A DNA stretch of 64,000 bases from an uncultured Chloroflexia bacterium (GTDB taxonomy: Bacteria; Chloroflexota; Limnocylindria; Limnocylindrales; CSP1-4), in assembly GCA_963788235.1 (NCBI GenBank), contig CAWBFV010000004.1, forward strand, positions 406,336-470,335. The letters are read 5' to 3'. The notes under the pieces are model-generated. The model saw only the letters and a list, made by a program, of their open reading frames with translations. It made no database searches and was not told the origin of the DNA. This document shows positions 1 to 7,368 of the stretch, in pieces (position 1 is the stretch's first letter; every line of letters begins with the position of its first letter). A program made the position numbers and the translations under genes.

Positions 1-175
1 GGCCTGCTCCTCCGTCGGTGCCTGTTTGATCCGCGGATCGCGCTACCTGGTCCAATGGTGCTCCCGTCAGTGTCGCGTCGAGCGGCGAGCGAGCTCTGCG
101 GCGAGCTCATGCTACCCGAGCGACGCCCACGCCCACGCTCATGTCGCCGGCCCTTCTGCTCCTCCTGAGGCGTCG

Positions 176-204
176 TTGACGCTTCCGCGGGTAATCCCGA
201 TAAT
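176..204 (+). promoter_or_regulatory. candidate sigma70-type promoter upstream of sufB
   Basis: TTGACG (176-181), a 17-nt spacer, then GATAAT (199-204), about 100 nt upstream of the sufB start. The AT-rich hexamers stand out in GC-rich DNA. Sequence pattern only. Confidence 0.35.
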
Positions 205-307
205 CTGACTCGGAATTGCCGACGCGGCCGCCGGCCCGACGCGACGCACCCGACGTCGCCACGACGCCCGCCCGTGCACCCACGCTCACCCGAGGACCGA
301 GGATCGA

Positions 308-1711
308 ATGACCGCAACCCGCGAGATCACCGCCGACAAGCGCGAGCAGTTCGCCTTCCACGACGACATCGCGTACCTGCGCGAGACGAAGCGTGGGCTG
401 ACGCGCGCCACGGTCGAGGAGATCAGCGGCTTCAAGGGCGAGCCGGACTGGATGCTCCAGTTCCGCCTGCGCGCCTTCGAGCACTTCCTCAAGCGCCCGA
501 TGCCGGCCTGGACCGACGGCCTCGATCGGATCGACTTCGACAAGATCGTCTACTACCGCAAGCCGTCCGAGCGCGAAGAGAAGTCGTGGGACGACGTCCC
601 GGAGCAGATCAAGGCGACGTTCGAGCGTCTCGGGATCCCCGAGGCGGAGCGCAAGTTCCTGGCCGGCGTCGGCGCCCAGTACGACTCCGAGGTCGTGTAC
701 CACAGCGTCCGCGAGGAGCTCTCGAAGATCGGCGTGGTCTTCATGGGCACCGACCAGGCGCTCAAGGAATACCCCGAGATCTTCAAGAAGCACTTCGGGA
801 CGATCGTCCCGCCCGAGGACAACAAGTTCGCGGCGCTCAACAGCGCGGTCTGGTCGGGCGGCTCGTTCGTCTACGTCCCCAAGGGCGTCGAGGTGCCGCT
901 GCCGCTGCAGGCCTACTTCCGCATCAACGGCGAGAACACCGGCCAGTTCGAGCGGACGCTGATCGTCGTCGAGGAAGGCGCCAAGGTCCACTACATCGAG
1001 GGCTGCACCGCGCCGATCTACGCGACCGACTCGCTGCATGCCGCGGTCGTCGAGGTCGTGGCGCTGCCCGGCTCGAAGGTCCGCTACACGACGATCCAGA
1101 ACTGGTCGAACGACGTGTACAACCTCGTGACCAAGCGCGCCCACGCGTACGAGAACAGCACCGTCGAGTGGATCGACGCCAACACTGGCTCGCGCAAGAC
1201 CGTCAAGTTCCCGGCGATCTACCTGCGCGGCGAGGGCGCCACGGCCGACATCATCAGCGTCGCGGTCGCCGGCAAGGGCCAGCACCAGGACACGGGCGCG
1301 AAGGCCATCCACCTCGCGCCGAACACGCGGTCGCGGATCGTCTCGAAGTCCGTCTCCAAGGACGGCGGGCGCGCCACGTACCGCGGCCAGCTCAAGGTCG
1401 CGCCCGGCGCCACGAACGTCGTGGCCAGCGTTCGGTGTGACGCGCTGATGCTCGACGACATCAGCCGCAGCGACACCTACCCGTACATCGACATCCAGGA
1501 AGACGACACGACGATGACCCACGAGGCCACCGTCGGGAAGATCAGCGCGGACCAGGTCTTCTACCTGATGAGCCGCGGCCTCACCGAGAACGAGGCCCAG
1601 AACCTGATCGTCCAGGGCTTCCTCGAGGTGTTCACCAAGGAACTCCCGATGGAATACGCCATCGAGTTCAACCGGCTCGTGAAGATGGAGATGGAAGGGT
1701 CGCTGGGTTGA
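308..1711 (+). CDS. sufB: Fe-S cluster assembly protein SufB
   Basis: 467-aa ORF with full-length resemblance to SufB (e.g. ...YFRINGENTGQFERTLIVVEEGAKVHYIEGCTAP..., C-terminal ...FTKELPMEYAIEFNRL...). Followed by sufD through a TTGA overlap. Confidence 0.97.
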   Translation: MTATREITADKREQFAFHDDIAYLRETKRGLTRATVEEISGFKGEPDWMLQFRLRAFEHFLKRPMPAWTDGLDRIDFDKIVYYRKPSEREEKSWDDVPEQIKATFERLGIPEAERKFLAGVGAQYDSEVVYHSVREELSKIGVVFMGTDQALKEYPEIFKKHFGTIVPPEDNKFAALNSAVWSGGSFVYVPKGVEVPLPLQAYFRINGENTGQFERTLIVVEEGAKVHYIEGCTAPIYATDSLHAAVVEVVALPGSKVRYTTIQNWSNDVYNLVTKRAHAYENSTVEWIDANTGSRKTVKFPAIYLRGEGATADIISVAVAGKGQHQDTGAKAIHLAPNTRSRIVSKSVSKDGGRATYRGQLKVAPGATNVVASVRCDALMLDDISRSDTYPYIDIQEDDTTMTHEATVGKISADQVFYLMSRGLTENEAQNLIVQGFLEVFTKELPMEYAIEFNRLVKMEMEGSLG

Positions 1712-3069
1712 CGGCCCCGGCCACGCGGCCACGGCCCGCGCGGCGGGCCATCGACGAGCTGTCCCTGCCGGTCGACGAGGCAATCCTCGAGCGGCTGATC
1801 GCCAGCTCTCCGGATTGGCTCGCCGCCGATCGTCGCGAGGCGTTCGAGCGCTGGACGACGTTGCCGGCCGAATCCAACCTCCTGTACACGTCCTACATCG
1901 ACCTGCGGGCGGCCGCGCTCGAAGACGCCACGTTCGATCTGGTCGCCGACGGTGCCACTGCGTCGGACGCCCTCCCATTGCCCCCGGACGCCGACGCGTT
2001 GATCGAGGTCGGTGAGGGCCGACTCATCGGGGTTGCGCTGTCCGACGCCGCACGAACCGCCGGCGTTCGGCTGCGGACGCTGTCCGATGATCTCGCGACC
2101 GTCCGCGACGATCTCCTTCGCGAGCACGCCCTGCCGGCCGATGACAAGTTCGCCCAGCTGACGCGCGCCATGTGGAGCCAGGGTGTCGTGCTCGACGTGC
2201 CGGCCGGCGTCACGCTCGCCCAGCCGGTCGTCATCCGGTGGGCATCGGGCGCCCCCGATCGTGCCCTGGTCACGCGGACGCTGGTCCGCCTCGGCGATGG
2301 CGCCAGCGCCTCCGTCGTCGAAGAGCTCGTGCCCTCGTCGGAGGACGACAGCACCGGGCAAGCGTTCTTTGCCGGCACGATGGAGGTCACGCTCGGAGCC
2401 GGGGCGGCGCTGCGGGTGGCGAGCCTGCAGGAGCTGCCCGGAAACGTCGTCACGATCCAGCATCGTTCCGCGCTGATCGGCGAGGCGGCCAAGCTCGAGT
2501 GGGCGCTCGCCCAGCTTGGCGGCAGGCTCCTTCGCAGCCGCGTGGACAATCGGCTCGTGGGCGATCGCAGCTCGGTCCGCCAGGTCGAGATCGTCTTCGG
2601 CGCCGACGAGCAGCTGTTCGACCTCACCTCGTACACGACCCACATCGGTCGGGACACGACCGGCGACCTGCTGTCGAAGGCCGCGCTGCTCGAGCGATCG
2701 AGGTCCTACATGAAGGGCCTCATCACGATCGAGAAGTCGGCCCACGGCACCGACAGCTTCCTCGGCGAGTTCGGGATGAACCTGTCGAAGGCGACCCGGT
2801 CCGTCGCGATCCCGTCGCTCGAGATCGACCAGCCCGACTGCCGGCGGGCGATGCACTCGAGCTCCGTCGGCCCGGTCGACGAGACGCAGCTGTTCTACCT
2901 CGAGTCGCGCGGCATCCCGCCGGACGAGGCCCGCAAGTTCGTCGTCCTCGGGTTCCTCGAGCCGGTCGTGGCGCGCGTCCCGCTGGCGTCGGCGCAGGAC
3001 CGCCTTCGCGAGCTCCTCGAGGCCCGCTGGGCCGCCGGCACCGACGGCGTCACGAGCGCCGCTGCCTGA
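1708..3069 (+). CDS. sufD: Fe-S cluster assembly protein SufD
   Basis: 453-aa ORF with a TTG start overlapping the sufB stop. The C-terminal SufBD-fold region (...HSSSVGPVDETQLFYLESRGIPPDEARKFVVLGFL...) is typical of SufD. Confidence 0.9.
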   Translation: MTAPATRPRPARRAIDELSLPVDEAILERLIASSPDWLAADRREAFERWTTLPAESNLLYTSYIDLRAAALEDATFDLVADGATASDALPLPPDADALIEVGEGRLIGVALSDAARTAGVRLRTLSDDLATVRDDLLREHALPADDKFAQLTRAMWSQGVVLDVPAGVTLAQPVVIRWASGAPDRALVTRTLVRLGDGASASVVEELVPSSEDDSTGQAFFAGTMEVTLGAGAALRVASLQELPGNVVTIQHRSALIGEAAKLEWALAQLGGRLLRSRVDNRLVGDRSSVRQVEIVFGADEQLFDLTSYTTHIGRDTTGDLLSKAALLERSRSYMKGLITIEKSAHGTDSFLGEFGMNLSKATRSVAIPSLEIDQPDCRRAMHSSSVGPVDETQLFYLESRGIPPDEARKFVVLGFLEPVVARVPLASAQDRLRELLEARWAAGTDGVTSAAA

Positions 3070-3118
3070 TGCCTCCACAACCTCCCTCGCGACGGCCCCG
3101 GCGCGGCGGGGCAGAGCG

Positions 3119-3457
3119 ATGAGACGGATCGATCTCCTCGGCACCGACGAGATCGAGGACGGCGAGATGAAGATGGCCTGGGTCGACGGCACCGACCAGG
3201 TGCTGGTCATCAACCAGGGTGGCGAGTACACCGCCGTCCAGGGCGTCTGCTCGCACGAGTACTTCGAGCTCGACAAGGGCTTCCTGACCAACGGCACGCT
3301 GACGTGCGCGCTCCACCTGTCCCGCTTCGACCTCTCGAACGGCGAGCCGCTCGACCCGCCCGCCGAGGAGCCGCTGGCCGTCTACCCGGTCGTGATCGAG
3401 GACGGTCGCGTGCTGATCGAGGTGCCGGACGGACCGCTCGAGATCAGCGAGTCGTGA
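3119..3457 (+). CDS. Rieske (2Fe-2S) ferredoxin-like protein
   Basis: 112 aa carrying CSHEY...17 aa...CALH, i.e. the Rieske CxH...CxxH ligand pattern. It sits after sufD, as in many actinobacterial suf operons. Confidence 0.85.
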   Translation: MRRIDLLGTDEIEDGEMKMAWVDGTDQVLVINQGGEYTAVQGVCSHEYFELDKGFLTNGTLTCALHLSRFDLSNGEPLDPPAEEPLAVYPVVIEDGRVLIEVPDGPLEISES

Positions 3458-3842
3458 CCTCCGCGGCCACGACCGCCGCAGCCAGCCGGTCGTCGCCGGT
3501 CACGCTCACCGCGAGGTGGTCGATGCCCGACGCGGCGGCCAGCTCCGCGGCCCGACCGTGCAACACGACCGCCAGGTGACCCGACTCGTCGCAGGTCAAT
3601 TCGATGGATCGGAAGTCGAGCCCTTCGTCCGCGGCCGGCAGCACCTTGAGCGTCGCCTCCTTGACTGCGAAGCGCTGGGCGAGTCGACGAGCGTCCGTCC
3701 GTCCACGGGTCTGGCTGGCCGCGATCTCGCCCGCGGTGTAGACCCGCTCGACGTACCGCGACCCCTGCTCGGCGATGCTCTGGGCGACCGACGCGACCGG
3801 GACGTGGTCAAGACCGAAGCGCAGATTGATCAGTTTTGACAT
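3444..3842 (-). CDS. acpS: holo-[acyl-carrier-protein] synthase (AcpS-type 4'-phosphopantetheinyl transferase)
   Basis: The internal ATG at 3842 of ORF 3444..4235 gives 132 aa: MSKLINLRFGLDHV...RFAVKEATLKVL...FRSIELTCDESGHLAVVLHGRAAELAAASGIDHLAVSVTGDD. This is collinear with AcpS. It is divergent from the carrier-protein gene. Confidence 0.85.
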   Translation of the reverse strand: MSKLINLRFGLDHVPVASVAQSIAEQGSRYVERVYTAGEIAASQTRGRTDARRLAQRFAVKEATLKVLPAADEGLDFRSIELTCDESGHLAVVLHGRAAELAAASGIDHLAVSVTGDDRLAAAVVAAEVTTR

Positions 3843-4043
3843 GGTGTTCACATCCGGATACTTGTAGGGTGGTCTGGACGTGTCAAGGTCGGTTGAGCGG
3901 GTGCAGCGGCGCACCAAAAGGGCGCCGGATAGTCCCCCTCGACCTGGTACGTATGGCACGGTAGTGGGGCACCTGCCGTAATCTTTCCGGGGACATGACC
4001 GAGCGCCTCGAGCGCCGAAAATCAAGGGGATAGGGGGAAGTCC

Positions 4044-4286
4044 GTGGTCGAGCGCGTTCGACAGATCATCCGTGAGCACGGCCGGTTGCCGTCCGACCTC
4101 AATTCGCTCGACGACGAGGCGGACCTGTACCAGGCCGGCATGACGTCCCACGCGAGCGTGAACCTGATGCTCGCGCTGGAGGCGGCATTCGATGTCGAGT
4201 TCCCCGACGCGATGCTCAAGCGCAGCGTCTTCCAAAGCGTTCGATCGATCTCCGACGCGCTCGAGTCCCTCGGAGCGGCCGCGTGA
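4044..4286 (+). CDS. acyl/aminoacyl carrier protein (phosphopantetheine-binding)
   Basis: 80 aa with a GTG start after a GGGGGAAG Shine-Dalgarno. Carrier-protein helix II region LYQAGMTSHASVNLMLALE, with the Ser in the position of the DSL serine. Confidence 0.85.
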   Translation: MVERVRQIIREHGRLPSDLNSLDDEADLYQAGMTSHASVNLMLALEAAFDVEFPDAMLKRSVFQSVRSISDALESLGAAA

Positions 4287-5458
4287 TGGCCGTCGCCATC
4301 GACCGCGATCAGGCCTTCCTCGACGCCGTCCGGCGGATCGCCGACGAGGTCGCGGCGCCGAACGCCGACGTGGTCGACCGTGAAGCCCAGTTCCCGACCG
4401 CCACCATCGATGCGCTCAAGACAGAGGGTGCGCTGTCCGCCTTCGTCCCCACCGAATTCGGTGGCGGCGGCCTGCGGTTCGAGACCATCGCCGCGGCGTC
4501 GTTCGAGCTCGGTCGCCGGTGCGGTGCCAGCGCCATGGTCTTCGCGATGCACCAGATCCAGGTCGCGACGATCGTTCGCCACACGGACGGCGCTCCGTGG
4601 TTCGAGGCGTATCTGCGGGATCTCTCGAGCGAGCAGCGACTGATCGCGTCGGTCACCTCCGAGATCGGGACCGGCGGCGACCTCGGTCGCTCGATCGCGG
4701 CGGTCACCCCGGCTGCCGACGGCCGCGCGACGTTCGAGAAGCAGGCCCCGACCGTGTCCTACGGCGCGTACGCGGATGACCTGCTCACGACGCTGCGGCG
4801 CGACCCCGACGCCGAGCCCGGCGACCAGGTGCTGGCGCTCACGCGTCGGGACCAGACCGTCCTCGAACAGGTCGGCACGTGGGATCCGCTCGGCATGCGC
4901 GGGACGTGCTCTCCGGGCTACACCGTCCGGGCCGAATTCCCGACCGACCAGATCCTCCCGACGCCGTTCTCCGCGATCGCGCCGGTGTCGATGGTGCCGG
5001 TCACCCACATCCTGTGGTCGCACCTCTGGCTGGGCATCGCGACCGACGCGTTCGATCGAGCCCGTGCGTTCGTTCGGGCGACCGCCAAGGGTCGGCCCGA
5101 GGCCGCGCAGCCGATGGCGCTCCGCCTGTCGCACCTCATGAGCGAGCTCGCGCTGCTCCGCGCCGAGGTCGGATCGGGGCTCCGCGACTTCACGGACCTC
5201 GCCGACACGGATCGGGAGCGGCTGACGACGCTGGCGATGATCCTGCGGTTCAACAACCTCAAGCTCGCCTCCTCGGAGCAGGCGCCGCGGATCTGCCACG
5301 GGGCGCTCGGCGTGAACGGCATCGTCGGGTTCAAGAACGACACGCCGTTCAGCGTGGGTCGCCACCTGCGCGACACGATGTCCGCGTCGCTGATGATCGC
5401 GAATGAGCGTATCCACCAGACGAACGCCAGCCTGCTACTGATCGCCAAGGACGTCTGA
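4283..5458 (+). CDS. acyl-CoA dehydrogenase-family flavoprotein (probably acting on a carrier-protein-bound substrate)
   Basis: 391 aa with ACAD-like N-, middle and C-terminal regions. The start (GTG 4283 or ATG 4286) overlaps the carrier-protein stop. The C-terminal ...RDTMSASLMIANERIHQ... aligns with the ACAD ...RDAKIYQIYEGTxxIQ... segment but has no Glu at the canonical catalytic position. Confidence 0.85.
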   Translation: MMAVAIDRDQAFLDAVRRIADEVAAPNADVVDREAQFPTATIDALKTEGALSAFVPTEFGGGGLRFETIAAASFELGRRCGASAMVFAMHQIQVATIVRHTDGAPWFEAYLRDLSSEQRLIASVTSEIGTGGDLGRSIAAVTPAADGRATFEKQAPTVSYGAYADDLLTTLRRDPDAEPGDQVLALTRRDQTVLEQVGTWDPLGMRGTCSPGYTVRAEFPTDQILPTPFSAIAPVSMVPVTHILWSHLWLGIATDAFDRARAFVRATAKGRPEAAQPMALRLSHLMSELALLRAEVGSGLRDFTDLADTDRERLTTLAMILRFNNLKLASSEQAPRICHGALGVNGIVGFKNDTPFSVGRHLRDTMSASLMIANERIHQTNASLLLIAKDV

Positions 5459-5460
5459 CC

Positions 5461-6393
5461 GTGGCGACCTTCCGGCCTGGGACGGCCGACCAGACGGCCT
5501 TCCTCGAGGCGCTCATCGAGCGCGGCCTGCTGATCCCGAGCGGGGTGCCGGGCGTCTACGGACGAGGTGCCGCGTTCGAGCAGGTGCGCGTCGGCGTCGA
5601 TCGGGCGATCGATCGCGCCGCGGCGCCCGATGCCGCCGAGGTGCTGCGGTTTCCGCCGCTGCTGCCGCGCTACCAGCTCGAGGCCCTGGGCTACCTCAAG
5701 AACTTCCCGCACCTCGCGGGCACGATCTTCGGGTTCGACGGGAGCGAGGCCGAGGCCAACGAGCAGTTCGACCTGGCGTCGCGCCACGAGGACTGGAGCG
5801 GGTACCAGCACATGAGCGACCTGGTGCTGCTGCCGGCCGCGTGCTACCCGGTCTACCCGGCGATCGCCGCGCGCGGGCCGCTGGCCGCTGGCGGCATCAC
5901 GATCGACGCCGGCGGCGCCTACGTGTTCCGGCAGGAGCCGTCCGGCGATCCCGCCCGGCTGCAGATGTTCCACCAGCGCGAGATCGTGCGGCTCGGTGAG
6001 CCGGACACCGTCGTCGCGTGGCGGGACTCCTGGCGCGACCGCGCGGTCGAGATCCTGAGCGGGCTTGGGCTCAGCCCGGTCGCCGACGTGGCCTCGGATC
6101 CGTTCTTCGGGCGGCAGGGCCGGATGCTCGCAGCCAGCCAGCGCGAGCAGGCGCTCAAGTTCGAGGTGCTCGTCCACATCGCCGGGCCGGAGCCCACGGC
6201 GGTCGCCTCGTTCAACTATCACCACGACCACTTCACGTCGACCTACGGCGTCACGCTGGCCGATGGGGGCGTCGCGCACACCGCCTGCCTCGGGTTCGGT
6301 CTCGAACGCATCACGCTCGCCCTGTTCTGCACGCATGGCCTCGACTCGAACGCGTGGCCCGATGACGTGCGCTCCGTGGTGGGGCTCGCGTGA
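5461..6393 (+). CDS. amino acid--[carrier protein] ligase (truncated class II / atypical SerRS-like aaRS homologue)
   Basis: 310 aa with no tRNA-binding arm. Class II motif 2-like GGAYVFRQE and motif 3-like CLGFGLERITLALF, plus the PAACYPVYP region. It matches the aa:CP ligase family described from Bradyrhizobium and Agrobacterium. It lies next to a carrier protein. Confidence 0.85.
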   Translation: MATFRPGTADQTAFLEALIERGLLIPSGVPGVYGRGAAFEQVRVGVDRAIDRAAAPDAAEVLRFPPLLPRYQLEALGYLKNFPHLAGTIFGFDGSEAEANEQFDLASRHEDWSGYQHMSDLVLLPAACYPVYPAIAARGPLAAGGITIDAGGAYVFRQEPSGDPARLQMFHQREIVRLGEPDTVVAWRDSWRDRAVEILSGLGLSPVADVASDPFFGRQGRMLAASQREQALKFEVLVHIAGPEPTAVASFNYHHDHFTSTYGVTLADGGVAHTACLGFGLERITLALFCTHGLDSNAWPDDVRSVVGLA

Positions 6394-7364
6394 GCCTCTC
6401 GACCGCGCCGATGGCCAGCCTGTTCGGCCTCGACCCGGCGACCTACCGGCCCCACGACCTGCATGTCGCCGAGGACCGCGTCTACCTCGAGACGAACTGC
6501 TACATGGACGTGATCATCGAGCTCCTCCATGCCCGCGGGGACGAACCCCTGGCGGCGATGGGCTCGACGGTGCGACTCGACTTCGAAGGCGACCAGTGGA
6601 CGTTCTTCAAGCCCGATCCAGCCGACCTCGAGCGCCTCTACGGGATCGACATCCACGAGATGCAGCCCTGGCGCTCGATCCCGACGCAGATCGCCGAGCT
6701 GCTCGAGGCCGGTCGCACGCTGACGGTCGAGCTGGACGCCTGGCTGCTGCCCGACACGGCGTCGACGAGCTACCGCACGGAGCACGTGAAGACCACGGTG
6801 ATCCCCGAGGCGATCGACCTCGAAGGGGAGCGGCTGCACTACTTCCACAACGGCTCGCTGTACGAGCTCAGCGGCGACGACTACCGCGGGATCTTCCGGC
6901 TGGAGGTCGCGGACCCGGCGCTGCTGCCGCCGTACACCGAGCTCGTGCGCTTCGACGCCGGTCCGCGCCTCGCCGGCGCCGAGCTGCGCGGTGCGTCGCT
7001 CGACGCCCTGCGCCACCACCTCGCCCATGCGCCGGCCACCGACCCGTTCGCCCGCTTCGGCGAGCGGCTGGGGGCCGATCTCCCCGGGCTCCTCGACGGC
7101 GACGCGGCGACGTACCACGCCTACGCGTTCGCCACCGTCCGAATGGCCGGGGCGGGTTTCGAGTTGCTGGGATCGCACGTCGACTGGCTGCTCGGTGCCG
7201 CGGGCGCACCGGCGCACGAGGCGCTCGGCCGCATCGTGGACGGCGCGAAGGTCCTCGGGTTCCGTCTGGCTCGGCAGCGACCGTTCGATCCCGAGCCGAT
7301 CGTCCGCGACATGTCGACCGCCTGGGCCGATGCCATGGCCGCGCTGCACCGCGCCGTCGACTGA
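6390..7364 (+). CDS. DUF1839-like protein of unknown function
   Basis: 324 aa with a GTGA overlap onto the ligase stop. From memory the sequence resembles the DUF1839 family that accompanies aa:CP ligases. N-terminal motif VYLETNCYMDVIIELLH. Confidence 0.7.
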   Translation: MSLSTAPMASLFGLDPATYRPHDLHVAEDRVYLETNCYMDVIIELLHARGDEPLAAMGSTVRLDFEGDQWTFFKPDPADLERLYGIDIHEMQPWRSIPTQIAELLEAGRTLTVELDAWLLPDTASTSYRTEHVKTTVIPEAIDLEGERLHYFHNGSLYELSGDDYRGIFRLEVADPALLPPYTELVRFDAGPRLAGAELRGASLDALRHHLAHAPATDPFARFGERLGADLPGLLDGDAATYHAYAFATVRMAGAGFELLGSHVDWLLGAAGAPAHEALGRIVDGAKVLGFRLARQRPFDPEPIVRDMSTAWADAMAALHRAVD

Positions 7365-7368
7365 GCGC

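Noticed and set aside
1-307. Looked for a sufR (ArsR-type repressor) gene or its 3' end upstream of sufB.
   Set aside because: No frame in 1-307, on either strand, gives a plausible HTH-protein C-terminus. ORF 26..208 has an implausible composition. Only a promoter-like hexamer pair could be supported.
107-3297. Very long antisense ORFs (107..1978 -, 623 aa; 1561..3297 -, 578 aa) opposite sufB and sufD.
   Set aside because: They have the Arg/Gly/Asp/Val-rich low-information composition typical of the reverse frame of high-GC genes, and they fully overlap strongly recognisable SufB/SufD. The same applies to 4022..5416 -, 4918..6336 -, 8145..10043 -, 9287..11143 -, 16184..17803 -, 29311..31125 +, 38619..39848 -, 40011..41408 -, 42995..45136 +, 45509..47476 +, 51824..53509 - and 52728..54203 -.
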